A stretch of DNA of 53,871 nucleotides from Octopus bimaculoides (GCF_001194135.2 NC_068987.1:66148701-66202571), one strand, 5' to 3'; shown: positions 10,891 through 24,131, numbered from the stretch's first letter. Translations and numbers: made by a program. Notes: generated by a model from the letters alone, not told the origin.

Positions 10891-12664
10891 ATTCATATAC
10901 GTGCGTTTTTGTTACCTCATAGTTTGGCTTCCGCAAATTATAAGTGGTGACTCTTGCACACCTTAATGGCTTCTGCTATCGAATGCAAAAGCATGTGATA
11001 GTGAAGCGAAATTCCTAGTCAAACAGCTAGTATTGTATCCAATGATAATCAGATAATGATAAAATAAAACATAAACGCACTAAAAAAGTACTGAAATATA
11101 GCACGGTACAGCAATTTACGCATTTTATGAAATAGTTTCACTACAATCTATGGAAGACGCATTTATGTCAGCAACGTAGCTAATGCAGTATTTATTCTAC
11201 ACAATACACGCCTAATACTACACAAACAATTTCACAAGTAATAATTCCATCAACAACAAGAAATAACAAAGCATGCCTTAATTTATGTAAAGCAGATCGT
11301 TGTGTCTCTATGCTTGCTCTTAGTAACAATATGTAGCCTGTTAGAAATCAATAACAATAATAGCAGTTGGGCGGACAATCACATCGCTTTCACTGTGTTG
11401 TCAAAGCATGTTGTATAATAACATGGCCCTGATATTTTAAGACGTCACATGCTCGATATTATTCTATCATCAATTATCTGAAGCAATTCGTACTGAATGC
11501 AGAATATTCATTCCATCTAGTTGTAAATGCTGTTTTGCCTGCCGCCATTGATGGAGTCCCTTTAGTTTAGATGGAACACTTTCAGATAATGCAGTTGATT
11601 TGTATTACATTGGGGGTATAAAAGTTATGTGCTTTAATCCTTCGTTTCATAATTAAGTGCTTCCATGATGGATCGCATGGTGCAATATTTCGGATTTCGG
11701 ACAATTCTTTTCTATAGCGACTTAGAGTTGAACAAAATATTTTAAAGTGAAATTTGTTAAACAGAATCCAGTACATATACATACATGCATACATTCATAC
11801 ATACATACATACATACATACATACATACTTACATACAGATATATGTGAATATATATATATATATATNNNNNNNNNNNNNNNNNNNNNNNNNNNNNNNNNN
11901 NNNNNNNNNNNNNNNNNNNNNNNNNNNNNNNNNNNNNNNNNNNNNNNNNNNNNNNNNNNNNNNNNNNNNNNNNNNNNNNNNNNNNNNNNNNNNNNNNNNN
12001 NNNNNNNNNNNNNNNNNNNNNNNNNNNNNNNNNNNNNNNNNNNNNNNNNNNNNNNNNNNNNNNNNNNNNNNNNNNNNNNNNNNNNNNNNNNNNNNNNNNN
12101 NNNNNNNNNNNNNNNNNNNNNNNNNNNNNNNNNNNNNNNNNNNNNNNNNNNNNNNNNNNNNNNNNNNNNNNNNNNNNNNNNNNNNNNNNNNNNNNNNNNN
12201 NNNNNNNNNNNNNNNNNNNNNNNNNNNNNNNNNNNNNNNNNNNNNNNNNNNNNNNNNNNNNNNNNNNNNNNNNNNNNNNNNNNNNNNNNNNNNNNNNNNN
12301 NNNNNNNNNNNNNNNNNNNNNNNNNNNNNNNNNNNNNNNNNNNNNNNNNNNNNNNNNNNNNNNNNNNNNNNNNNNNNNNNNNNNNNNNNNNNNNNNNNNN
12401 NNNNNNNNNNNNNNNNNNNNNNNNNNNNNNNNNNNNNNNNNNNNNNNNNNNNNNNNNNNNNNNNNNNNNNNNNNNNNNNNNNNNNNNNNNNNNNNNNNNN
12501 NNNNNNNNNNNNNNNNNNNNNNNNNNNNNNNNNNNNNNNNNNNNNNNNNNNNNNNNNNNNNNNNNNNNNNNNNNNNNNNNNNNNNNNNNNNNNNNNNNNN
12601 NNNNNNNNNNNNNNNNNNNNNNNNNNNNNNNNNNNNNNNNNNATATATATATATATATATATAA

Positions 12665-12790
12665 ATCTCCCCAAGAACTACGTCAAGGCTATTCCTGTCT
12701 GTGGAATACTCAATACACTTGCATGTTAATTTCACGAGCAGCTATTCCGTTAATCTGGCCAACTTGAACGTTTGTCGCTCTGACCGCCAC
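12665..12790 (+). mobile_element. 3' half of the SINE family at 35598-35965
   Basis: Shares GTCTGTGGA.T.CTCA..CACTTGCA.GTTAATTTCAC.AGC with 35860-35900. Confidence 0.65.
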
Positions 12791-13877
12791 TTGTGTTTGC
12801 AGTAATTTTATCCGAAATATTTTAATATACCATTAGGTGCATATATGAGAAGTAATTTTGTTTTCTAGTATAGTCCTCCTTGATCTTTCTTCTCAAGCAT
12901 TATTGAAAATAGCTATAATCAAAGCAGCGCTAACTGTGAGCATCTCGACTTTTAAAAATGTACATTACGTATATCTATGGCTAAATTATACTGTATATAC
13001 AAACTACCTCGTATTAATATGGCAACATAGCAAAGTATGTTGCGAAGAAGACTACGCTTATGTTTATTTCTTACTCTATAATAAAGGTATGCGTATGTGT
13101 ATTGCTTCTTAAGATGTGTCTTGCTTTAGTTGAACTTCCTTGTGGAAACATCTATGCATGAGTCTTATTATTTATCTTCGAATAAGATATAGTAGCACAG
13201 GAGCGTGAAGTAGGGTTTCCCGCCTCCCACTGTGTCAGTATGTGTGTGTGTCTGTGTGTATGTATATGTATATAGATGTAATGTGCATATTTGCTTGCAT
13301 TCATGAATTACATATTGAAGAGAATGGAATTATGGGACTTTTTTCTACAGGCGACCATTATGGATTACTGAAAAGGATTGTACCACGGATTTATATTATT
13401 TTTTCAAAATTTTTAGCCCAAATTTGTACCAATGCATATCTATAGCAGTAACTTTTTTAAACAACATCTTTGTCATACATTTTTAAATAACACTTCTCTC
13501 ATTCGATTGAGTACACGGAAATTCATCCTTGTCTCTAACGAGTGGATGTATTACCTAATAATGATTATCAATTTTGGATTTCATTTCGAAGGGTAATACA
13601 TCTATGAAAGGATCGTAATATATCTCAAACCTTTTAAATAATCATACTTTATATATTTATTTATTAATGCAATACTATTTATATTATGGACGTTTATCTT
13701 CTGTGATTTTTTTGATGTAATTTGTCCTGCTCTTACTTTATAATATATAAACGCTCTTATTAAATCTCTAAATACCTTTAAGGTTTTAGACATTTCCCTA
13801 TCAAGAGCAATTATTCGAAAAATTCAGTATACTGCATTATCATTTTATATATTTGATTAACTATATATATATAAGTA

Positions 13878-14346
13878 GAAAATGCTAAAATGATTTTATC
13901 ATGAAAACGTTTTAGTACCGGTTTCTTCTTCTTCTTCTTCTTCTTCTTCTTCTTCTTCTTCTTCTTCTTCTTCTTCTTCTTCTTCTTCTTCTTCTTCTTC
14001 TTCTTCTTCTTCTTCTTCTTCTTCTTCTTCTTCTTCTTCTTCTTCTTCGCCGTCTCCTTCCTCGGCTACTGCCCCTTAAACAATCAAAATCCAGAACCAA
14101 CATCAATCATATTAAATATTTCTTCAGATCTGCTACTACCAACCTACCGAGCTTTCACAAAAGTAAAAGAGAGACAGACAGACAGAAGAAAGGAAAATGT
14201 GTCACCTATTTGAAAACTATAAAAAAATTTTTAAAAACATTTCATTTAATTTTTCCACAATTTAATTGTTTTCCATGCTTGAAGAATCTAAAAGACTGAA
14301 ACCGGTACTAAAATGTTCTTAAAGTTTGAAATTATTTTAGCATTTC
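13878..14346. repeat. Pair of ~48 bp inverted repeats enclosing (CTT)n and a hammerhead-like remnant
   Basis: 13878-13925 is the reverse complement of 14298-14346 (about 80% by eye). (CTT)n lies at 13925-14048. Confidence 0.75.
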
Positions 14347-17300
14347 TTACCTTGTCTTGTAGATTTTTTATTATAATATCGTAAGTTACGTAAACGTTAT
14401 CCATGTTTCAGATGTGAATACTGGTATAATATACAAGTAACCGTCCCTGAGGCAATTACATCATAAGCACCGAAATGCTAGATCTTCAGATGAAATTATC
14501 AATTCAATTTTCTATTATTTACAAATACCAATTGGTTGAAGTTATATGGTAGTACTGTATACAAGCTTAAGAGAAAATTCTCTTAAAAGTAGATAAGAAA
14601 GACGCTATTATTTTTACTTCATCAGTGAAATAGAGATATTTGCCCGAGGAAAAGGGAAGTCTAACATTCTAATTTGTTGTAGATCATAAAAGATTGACAT
14701 TGATAAATAGTTTAGTGGGCAGTAGTGGTGAGAGCAGGTTGCAACTTGCTTAGCAACAAGCAGTTGTAAATACCTACACTCTCATTCACGCTCACTGACC
14801 CTTTCACACACCCATCTACATAAACAAGACTTTTTTTAATTTATGCACACTTTCTCACAAAAGTAAACATACTTAAGTCTAAGTATGAACATTTAACCGT
14901 CTACCAAAGGTAATGTAAATTAAAAATACGCGCCTGCATGTATATACACAGTTCATATCCACCTCAGTATATATGACAAGGGACAGATAGGCGCCCTACT
15001 CGAAAGAAACTGCGGACGGAGACTGTTATTAATTCTGGTATGATTATTAATTCATGTATTTGGAAATAATGAATATCCTTGCTTATAAATCAGTCTAGTT
15101 AACAAGGTATATATACATACATNNNNNNNNNNNNNNNNNNNNNNNNNNNNNNNNNNNNNNNNNNNNNNNNNNNNNNNNNNNNNNNNNNNNNNNNNNNNNN
15201 NNNNNNNNNNNNNNNNNNNNNNNNNNNNNNNNNNNNNNNNNNNNNNNNNNNNNNNNNNNNNNNNNNNNNNNNNNNNNNNNNNNNNNNNNNNNNNNNNNNN
15301 NNNNNNNNNNNNNNNNNNNNNNNNNNNNNNNNNNNNNNNNNNNNNNNNNNNNNNNNNNNNNNNNNNNNNNNNNNNNNNNNNNNNNNNNNNNNNNNNNNNN
15401 NNNNNNNNNNNNNNNNNNNNNNNNNNNNNNNNNNNNNNNNNNNNNNNNNNNNNNNNNNNNNNNNNNNNNNNNNNNNNNNNNNNNNNNNNNNNNNNNNNNN
15501 NNNNNNNNNNNNNNNNNNNNNNNNNNNNNNNNNNNNNNNNNNNNNNNNNNNNNNNNNNNNNNNNNNNNNNNNNNNNNNNNNNNNNNNNNNNNNNNNNNNN
15601 NNNNNNNNNNNNNNNNNNNNNNNNNNNNNNNNNNNNNNNNNNNNNNNNNNNNNNNNNNNNNNNNNNNNNNNNNTTAAATCTTGCTATGGAGGAATGTAGT
15701 GGCGGACAAAAAACAAGACAGGAAAACAAACAGAAAAGGCTTTACGGCCAGACGAGAAAAATTATTTGTGTATGAACGCTGTGAGGCACGAACTTTAAAG
15801 GGACGAAGTAGTTACGCGTGTTTGCTCGGCGATAGCCAAGGAAGAAAAGGATTATTGACCGGAAGCATGTGACCATGTCGGTGTAAGGGGAAGAGAGAGA
15901 GTGGTAGAGGGAGAAACAAAGGGAGGAAGTAGACGAATAGGTGAGCAACGAGAGGAAAAGAGAAAGAGAGGAAGTAAGAGGGGGGAAAAAGAGATACGTA
16001 GAAGTAACAGAGGAAGAACGAAAGGGGTAAAGCGAGATATGTAGTAGTAAAGAGGAAGAACGAGAGGGGGGAAAATGATAGAGGAAGAGAAAGAGATAAG
16101 GTTGAGGAGGGTATTGGATTTGACCAAACCCAAGAGTATACAGGTAATACCGAGTAAGTGCTGTATACCACCATCTATAAATAGGTTTGGCTGCACTCTT
16201 GAATATGATACTACTAACTACCTTCCCACCCATCTCTCCCTTTATCTCTATCCTTGTTTTATCACTCATACCCCCACCACCTATATACTACATACGCGCA
16301 TTCCTTCCTACCCACTAGACCTTTTAACATTATCTCCCCCATCCCTCCTTCTCTCTATATGCTCATCCCCTCTATCCTGTAAGATCAACTGACCATTAAA
16401 GTATACCGCTACCATCCTTCACCTCTATCTCTCCTCCATCCCCTTTCACATTCTGTCTTCATGACTTGNNNNNNNNNNNNNNNNNNNNNNNNNNNNNNNN
16501 NNNNNNNNNNNNNNNNNNNNNNNNNNNNNNNNNNNNNNNNNNNNNNNNNNNNNNNNNNNNNNNNNNNNNNNNNNNNNNNNNNNNNNNNNNNNNNNNNNNN
16601 NNNNNNNNNNNNNNNNNNNNNNNNNNNNNNNNNNNNNNNNNNNNNNNNNNNNNNNNNNNNNNNNNNNNNNNNNNNNNNNNNNNNNNNNNNNNNNNNNNNN
16701 NNNNNNNNNNNNNNNNNNNNNNNNNNNNNNNNNNNNNNNNNNNNNNNNNNNNNNNNNNNNNNNNNNNNNNNNNNNNNNNNNNNNNNNNNNNNNNNNNNNN
16801 NNNNNNNNNNNNNNNNNNNNNNNNNNNNNNNNNNNNNNNNNNNNNNNNNNNNNNNNNNNNNNNNNNNNNNNNNNNNNNNNNNNNNNNNNNNNNNNNNNNN
16901 NNNNNNNNNNNNNNNNNNNNNNNNNNNNNNNNNNNNNNNNNNNNNNNNNNNNNNNNNNNNNNNNNNNNNNNNNNNNNNNNNNNNNNNNNNNNNNNNNNNN
17001 NNNNNNNNNNNNNNNNNNNNNNNNNNNNNNNNNNNNNNNNNNNNNNNNNNNNNNNNNNNNNNNNNNNNNNNNNNNNNNNNNNNNNNNNNNNNNNNNNNNN
17101 NNNNNNNNNNNNNNNNNNNNNNNNNNNNNNNNNNNNNNNNNNNNNNNNNNNNNNNNNNNNNNNNNNNNNNNNNNNNNNNNNNNNNNNNNNNNNNNNNNNN
17201 NNNNNNNNNNNNNNNNNNNNNNNNNNNNNNNNNNNGTGTGTGTGTGTGTGTGTGCGTGTGTGTGTGTGTGATACAATATGAATAATGAGATTAGCTATAG

Positions 17301-18999
17301 TGCGGACAGAATAATTTTATACGATCGTTAGTTGAAAAGTTTCTATAACCATATAGTTATAAAGATTTTGCTATAGTTTTTTTTTTTTATAAACTATGAG
17401 TCAGCTGAAAGAATGCAAACGAGTATTACTTACAATTTCAAGGGTACAACGGTTTTAATAAAAATTACCGATGTTAAATGTTACTTTTTTTTAAGGTAAT
17501 AGCTATTTCTGTTTTAGATTAAGTAATTTATTGATATCTAATAAAATATTTGTTTAGCATAATTAATATTCTTTCTTTTTTTCAGTATAAGAAGGCACTG
17601 ATGCTCTGATGTCCCTGTATTTTGTAATGTTTTGTAGACAAAGAATCAAGATTAAATAAGTAATTAGATAGTCTAGGCGAGTTATTTTGTATTTTTTCCC
17701 ATTTAAAGGAAATATAACTACGTTCTATGCAATAACGGGTGATGTAATGATATTTCATCTTCAGTTAATATTGAGTGCTAAACAGCAAGCCTTAAAGGTA
17801 CAAGTGGAAGTCGTTCTAAAGTTACAATATAGGTCTCAATTTTTTAAAGCTGATTCACTTTTAAAAGGCTCTGAAATTATATGATTATCTTATGTTTCTA
17901 CTAAATTAAGGATATTATTGAAATTACGTTATCTTCTGTTGCCTTACATTTTTCCTTTTTATATTTGATTTTTGATATTAATATACACAAAGTTAAATTG
18001 TAAAATGTTTGAATTCAACTGTATTAGAGAAAGTTCACTATGTTTAGCATGCATATGCTAAGTGTGAATCTTTTCTGTTATGTTATTATCTTGGTGTACA
18101 AAAATAGCATATTTTATATTGTGGTCCTTTCTTACGCTCTCATCAGTGCGATAGGGTTGTGGACGTGGTTTTAACCTTATTGTTTTGCGTACTTTTAATG
18201 TCATCTGGGTTTATGTCAAAATTTGGAACCGATATTTTGAATGTCATACATTTTATCTCTATCCAAATTAGTTAGATACGTCAGACGAGAGTTTAATTTA
18301 TTGTGTGAATGTATGTGTGTGTTACTCTGCAACAATTTTTCATTTTTCATAGAATGCTTCGTCAAAACATTCTATAATATTCCAATATTTGGTTTTGTAA
18401 AGTAAGAAGTTCTAAGCCTGATACATGTGGTTAGGAGCTAAGTTTCTACTTAATATATAAAGTAAACTTTATATATACTTCTCATAATGATCTTTTTGCA
18501 TTTGATGAATTAAATCAAGTTATGTTCCTTTTTCTCGTGATAATCTGTTTTTCGTTCGTGGTACGTCATTGGTAACACATTCTAATTACCCTTAGTAGCA
18601 TATTTGAAGAGGTTCTGTAAGAGTAATCAATTTTAGCTATGTCAGTATGGATTATTTTATCTCTTATTGCCCTTTAAATTAGAAATTTTAATACGAATAT
18701 TAAGTGTGTTATGGGCCTGCGATTCAAACATTATTAGATATTTGCATTCACTTTGTTTTATTACTTTTTAACTCTATGGTTACTTGCACATTTACTCTCA
18801 AGATATTTATATCCACTGATTTCGTTTGTTATTTTGTTCATTTTTCCGACTGTCAGTAAAATTATAAGTTTTCATTTTTTTGGTAATATCCAGATTCTTG
18901 GGAGTTGTTTTTATTCCTGGATCTATTCCTAGTTACATTTCATCGTGGTAATTATATTAACGTTTATTCGATTTGAATTACACCTTATTCACTTTCTTT

Positions 19000-20170
19000 G
19001 TATCAATTTTACGTTTTGAAAGCTGAATTAAGGAAATGTGTGGAGTAGTGGCATGTTTCGTATGTTTATATACAGAATTAACGCTAAATTGAGAATAACT
19101 TGTGTCAATGGATGTAATAAATTGGATCTTATTTTCAAAATCAGTTTTCAATAAAGCATAATTTTATTATTGAGTTATTATCAAATACTTCTATGTCAGA
19201 GAACAGGCTGGGTATTCTGAGAGGAATATTTTTTACAAGGTTATTTAGATTTTTGAGCATGTAACGTGTTGGTCGCTTTTCAAGTCTAAGTTGACAGCGA
19301 AAATGTGCACAATTTTATAGTCCTTGCTGAAAGCACTAGAGTAGAATTCTTAAACAAGATGAATAGTTTAAAAAATTTTTTTTTTTACAGAATCTCTTTA
19401 GGGTAGTTTGATTAATATTATTTAATCTCAAAAATGCGTCATCCGTATATTTTACCTCAAAAGTTACTAAAAATTGATTTCGCCTATGTCACAGGAAGAG
19501 TTCAACAATATCTATTAATTATGAACCTTCCGAAATAGTCTTCAGCGATGTTGTGTGTTCATAAGACTCCGTTAAATGGGATATTCTAGTAGAAATTATA
19601 ATGTTTTCTTCTTTACTAATATTTACCACTTCAGAATCTAATATCAGTGCTTTGTTTAGAAGATTGGTTATATGGAAACGTAATAGTTATCAATGTCAAC
19701 TATTTCTACGAAGGATGTACGTTGTCCTTTTGTTTTCAAGGCTTCTCAACCATCCTAGTATATCATCACTGTATTCCCATAAATAAAGTTTAATATTTTC
19801 ATTTATTTTAGGGATAATCTTTGCTAATTCATTCTATGTTCAATTATGATGGACTAATAAACTTGAAGAAAGCATCGTTTTAAGGTTCTCTTTGTACTCT
19901 GTCTAATTTCCTTTATGTAAGTACAAAAAGTTCAGTTATACAACCTAATCCTATTTAATTAGGACAGAGCATCCTTAGCCGTTAATACTATCTACAATTT
20001 ATGACTTTTTTCTGTAGTTCTGAAATTTCTGGCGGATGAAGTTATAAATATAAGCCATGCAGTATACGTTTCCAGTTTTATCGGGATGTAGAAGTAGATT
20101 TTCATATTTTCGTTGTTTCAATATCTTTGGTAATCCTCTCCAGGTGTTGCTGAAATTTACAATTAAATTT
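19000..20170 (-). mobile_element. Old, heavily decayed Penelope-like RT
   Basis: In order on the minus strand: DKTGNVYCM (20082-20055), LW..SDDILGW, VDIDNYYVSI (19700-19671), LNKAL, KYTDDAF (19452-19432), LVKNIP.RIPSL.SD.EVF. It may extend further left. Confidence 0.65.
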
Positions 20171-20439
20171 TCTTTAATTGAACGATTTTAAATCAGATTC
20201 ATGTGATCTTCCTCAAATTGCACGAGTTAATGGCAGTGTGGTGGATTTCAGAACGAGTAATTCTAAAACATTCTGCTTTCGAATTTTAGTTTTTCATAGG
20301 TATTCACATCTTGTTATCAAGAAAGGAAACTCTCTGCCTCACTCGTCTAATAAAATAATTAATTTTGTTGTAATATTTCCGGTATCGCTATTGGTTAGGT
20401 GTTGGTATGATTTCTAAAGACGTTCCCAAATCACTTGAG

Positions 20440-20750
20440 GTTAACTCTATGTTACAATTCCATTCTCCGTGAGAAAGAAATGCTGTTTCGCATGAGATAC
20501 CATAATAGGTAATCATCTCGTAGGTCAGACGATCACTTTACTGGGAATTACAACATACGTTTAATAGGGTCAGACATAGTGTAAAAGTGACTTACATCGG
20601 TTCTCTATAACCATGTCCAAAGAAAACGGCACCCAATCAAAAGAGGAGTTTCCATTCTCAAGCTATGATTACAACAGAAACAATTTATTCTCTATATTTG
20701 GTGGGATGTGAAAGATGGCATCCATCATGAAATATTGAGCCACGTCATCG
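20440..20750 (+). mobile_element. Possible mariner transposase remnant (start of the catalytic domain)
   Basis: Pieces VLYNHVQRKR and ILYIWWDVKDGIHHEIL resemble the mariner motifs KWVLYNN.KRKR and WWD.KG..Y.ELL. Frameshifted. Confidence 0.45.
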
Positions 20751-20759
20751 ATGGTAAAA

Positions 20760-21113
20760 ATTGCACAATTATTTGCAGAAAAAAATCTCCCAATCTTATG
20801 GTTGTAAAGATCAGCTACCCGTCAATAAGATGACCTTAGAAGATTGTCGCAAACGACAAAAAGGCTTGTCAATATCCTGGATAGACTATAAAAAAGCTTT
20901 TAATAGCCTACCACATAGCTGGATTAAGAAATGTCTGGAAATGTAGAAAATAGCGCCTACTCTGCGAAACTTTTTGTCTGTAAGTATGAAATCATGGAGA
21001 ACGACACTGACTTTGAACATTGACAATGAATCTCTAAATGCTGGAGGTGTAAGAATTTCATGTAGCATTTTCCAGGGTGATTCACTACCACCACTCCTCT
21101 TTTGTCTCTTGAG
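20760..21113 (+). mobile_element. R4/Dong-like RT fragment
   Basis: SYGCKDQLPVNKM..EDC...LSISWIDYKKAFNSLPHSWI and IFQGDSLPPLLFCL. Confidence 0.9.
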
Positions 21114-21205
21114 GTCTCTGTGTGAGACTTTGAACCAACTTGTAGAACTGCAAAGCAAAATCAAACATATAATTAATAATAATATTAATAATAATAATTA
21201 TAATA

Positions 21206-21420
21206 ATTCTTTCTACGGGCGGCACAAGTCCTGAAATTGGGGTGGGGTGAATAGTCGATTACATCAACCCCAGTGCATAACTGGTACTTAATTTATCGAC
21301 CCCGAAAAGATGAAAGGCAAAGTCGACCTTGGCGGAATTTGAACTCAGAACGTAGCGATGGGCGAAATACCGCTGAGCATTTCGTCCAGCGCGCTAACGA
21401 TTCTGCCATCTCACCGGCTT
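21206..21420 (-). mobile_element. tRNA-derived SINE (Deu/Nin-like centre) between (AAT)n tracts
   Basis: B box GAGTTCAAATTCC on the minus strand. Homologous to 10705, 27155, 27665 and 51700. Confidence 0.85.
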
Positions 21421-21429
21421 TGTTATTAT

Positions 21430-21531
<102 letters not shown>

Positions 21532-21700
21532 TTTTGTTTCTGCCCCCATTCTTAATTGTCACTAGCACACTTATCAGTCTTCCACACTTATCAGTCCCCT
21601 TCCGCCATTTGCTCTCTTCAAGTATAGGCGATCAGTTTCTGGACGTGGATTATGGGTTCCATGCATCGTCAGGAGATTTCTTGATTCTGTGTCCATCACA
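21532..21700 (-). mobile_element. Inverted R4/Dong-like fragment
   Basis: Reverse complement encodes MDTESRNLLTMHGTHNPRPETDRLYLKRANGGRGLISVED, about 80% identical by eye to 22093-22215 on the + strand. Confidence 0.85.
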
Positions 21701-22873
21701 AAAACAGAGGCGGTAATGGACAGCCTAGTCTAGTCTGTGCAAATAATCTCCGATGATATTAAGATGGAGTTTCGACTCTCAAAATATGCTACGTTAGTGA
21801 TGAGATGAGGAAAGCTTGTCTGGACAGAAGGCATATGGTTGCCAAGTGGGGGAAATGATAAAGGCTATTTAACCTCAGTCCAGTTATAAATACATGAGAA
21901 TCCTTGAGGCAGATGGAATCAAACACCACTACATGAAGGAAAATCAAAAAAAGATTACCTGCGGCGAGTGGGAAGAATATTGACTTCAAAGCTGAATGCC
22001 AGAACCATAATTTCGGCGATAAACTTGCGCGCAGTAGCAGCAGTTCGGTATGGCGCTGGAATCCTGAAGTGGACAGAGGAGGAGCTAAAGAAGATGGACA
22101 GGAAGTCAAGAAAGCTCCTAACGATGCATGAAGTCCAACATCCAGGTGCAGACACTGATTGCCTATACATAAAGCGAGGAAATAGAGGAAGGGGACTGAT
22201 AAGTGTGGAAGACTGCGTGTGTATTGAAGTCGAGAGTTTAATGAGATATCTAGCCCAAAGTAAGGAAACCTTACTAGTGACAGTTAGGAACGAGTAGTAT
22301 TGAGAGCAGAAAAAAGAGGGAAATCAAAGGAAGTAGTACAATGTAGTACATGTAGCCACAACTAGGATTTGCTGATGAAAGGAACTCTAAAAAAAAAGAG
22401 ACTGAGAGCACTATACTAGCAGTGCAAGACTAAACTATGGCCATCAACTGGAGGGTCAACCTTGGGAATGTTCAAGTATCTCTGCCCTGCCGCATCTGCA
22501 ACAGAGTGGATGAAACCATTGCACATATCACAATCGAATGTCCTAGTCTTGCCCTAAACCATTACAAGCTGTGGTGACATGATAAGATAGCGAAAGGGCT
22601 ACGTTGGAAACTTTATGAAAAGTGGGGGCTAGAGAGAGGCAAGACGTGGTTTGAGCACAAACTCCAAAGCGTAGCTGAGTCGGAGACTAACAACATTTTT
22701 GGTTTCCCAATCCAAACAGAGAAGGTGCTAGAGCATAATAGACCGGACCTAGTGGTGGTAGATAAAGTGCACCACATATGCTATATAGTTGACGTTGCAT
22801 GCCCCTTTGACCCACGAATAGTCAAGAAGGAAGTCGCACAGATAGACACAACCCTCTTAAATACGAAATAGCG
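21701..22873 (+). mobile_element. R4/Dong-like element: RT C-terminus, CCHC knuckle and RLE endonuclease
   Basis: SDDIKMEF.LSK.A, KLNARTIISAINLRAVAAVRYGAGILKW, GRGLISVEDC, CRICNRVDETIAHITIEC, HNRPDLVVVDK and IVDVACPFD. Several stops. Confidence 0.9.
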
Positions 22874-23127
22874 ATGGGCACAGATTCGACGTCAGGCACA
22901 AGAACAGTAGTTCAACAGAACTTGCTGAACATTTCATTTCAAGCGGCTGCAATTTTGAAGAAGATTTGAAAGTGCACATTCTCAAAAAATATCCTGAATG
23001 TATCCCACTTTCACTTCTCAGAATGTATGAGGAGAAATATGTTTGCGGGTTATTGACATCACGCCCTGGAGGAATGAATAAGATGACAGAAGAATATCAT
23101 CAAATTTGTACAAAACTGTTTGATTGA
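22874..23127 (+). mobile_element. Penelope-like GIY-YIG endonuclease C-terminus (5'-truncated)
   Basis: Stop-free 83 codons: GHRFDVRHKNSSSTELAEHF...DLKVHIL...YEEKYVCGLLTSRPGGMNK...*, matching the HR.D...A.HF...E...I..L.T..P.G.N pattern. Confidence 0.75.
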
Positions 23128-23391
23128 ATATTCTTCTTTCTCTCCTTTTCTTTTCTTTTTCTGTCGTCTTCCTTTTTTTTTCTTTCGTTCTGCTTATTAA
23201 AAAGTTGACAAAAGCTGATGATGTCATTCTATCAACGTATGGACGCTGGTTACTCACGTTCATAGTTTACGTTTGGTTTCTGAAATTTTGAATTTTCAAT
23301 CACCTTTTGGTTTGAACTTGAGAAAGACAGACGTTCTGTCGAAATATTGTTAAAAAAATAAAACATCTAAAATCGCACTCTTCGTCTTGAC

Positions 23392-23441
<50 letters not shown>

Positions 23442-23442
<1 letters not shown>

Positions 23443-23673
23443 GTCTGAGAAATATGTCAAAGTATTCGGAATTGACATGAGAGCAGAGCAAACCCCCAAA
23501 ACTGCTCTGTTGGGGACAGCTTGGGGGCAGTTTGGTACTTAGATGTTGAATCTCTCCCACGATAAATAACAACCAAGTATGGAAAGAGACCAGTAAGACC
23601 TCCGACAGCAGGCTGCTGTCCGCTCTCGCAGAATCTACCAGAACAAAGAAGACCGAACGTTCTGAGAAATAAA

Positions 23674-23674
<1 letters not shown>
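23442..23674 (+). mobile_element. R4/Dong-like 3' end (last codons plus 3' UTR)
   Basis: EKYVKVFGIDMRAEQ..KTALLGTA, then a UTR and an (AAT)n tail. Confidence 0.75.
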
Positions 23675-23713
<39 letters not shown>

Positions 23714-23744
23714 TATTAATAATAATAATAATAATTAATTGATT

Positions 23745-24088
23745 GGAAGTTTTATCATGTACATAACCATGTGTTGAGAGGAATTCTTTGGAGTTCGGAT
23801 AATTTACTATTGAAAACATGGGTGTTTTGCTCAACATACTTACACAACCCTTATTCGGGGACCTTTTGAGCGGGATGGGCTACTGAACCTGAAGAAAATT
23901 CTAACCAGGCCCCACCTGCAAGGTCATGTGCTGTTTATCTTGATATGAGATCACTATGTCACGCACATAAGGTTGTGATGCATGTGCCATGGTGTACCCT
24001 TATCAGACGGGTAGTCATGATGGGTATACTGGGTTTTGTATATTTTACCCCAGTGTTACTTCGATGGCATGCACTGCTCTCTCACTCA
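23745..24088 (+). mobile_element. Unclassified non-coding retroposon-like repeat ending in (AAT)n
   Basis: Reverse complement of 47025-47330 (shared CCTGCAAGGTCATG..CTGTTTATCTTG and TTATCAGACGGGTAGTCATGATG). Confidence 0.8.
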
Positions 24089-24131
24089 ACAATAATGATA
24101 ATAATAATAATAATAGTAAAAATAATAATAA

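Noticed and set aside
16124-16201. HDV-like ribozyme call
   Set aside because: There is no room for P1.1, P4 or the catalytic J4/2, and L3 is too long. Kept only as an unexplained pseudoknot.
18125-18150. Minus-strand CTGATGA-GAGCGTAA-GAAAG
   Set aside because: The intervening sequence cannot pair, consistent with a chance match.
23442-23674. Displaced 3' end of the 21701-22873 element
   Set aside because: About 30 codons would be missing, it is flanked by its own (AAT)n tracts, and it looks like a different subfamily.
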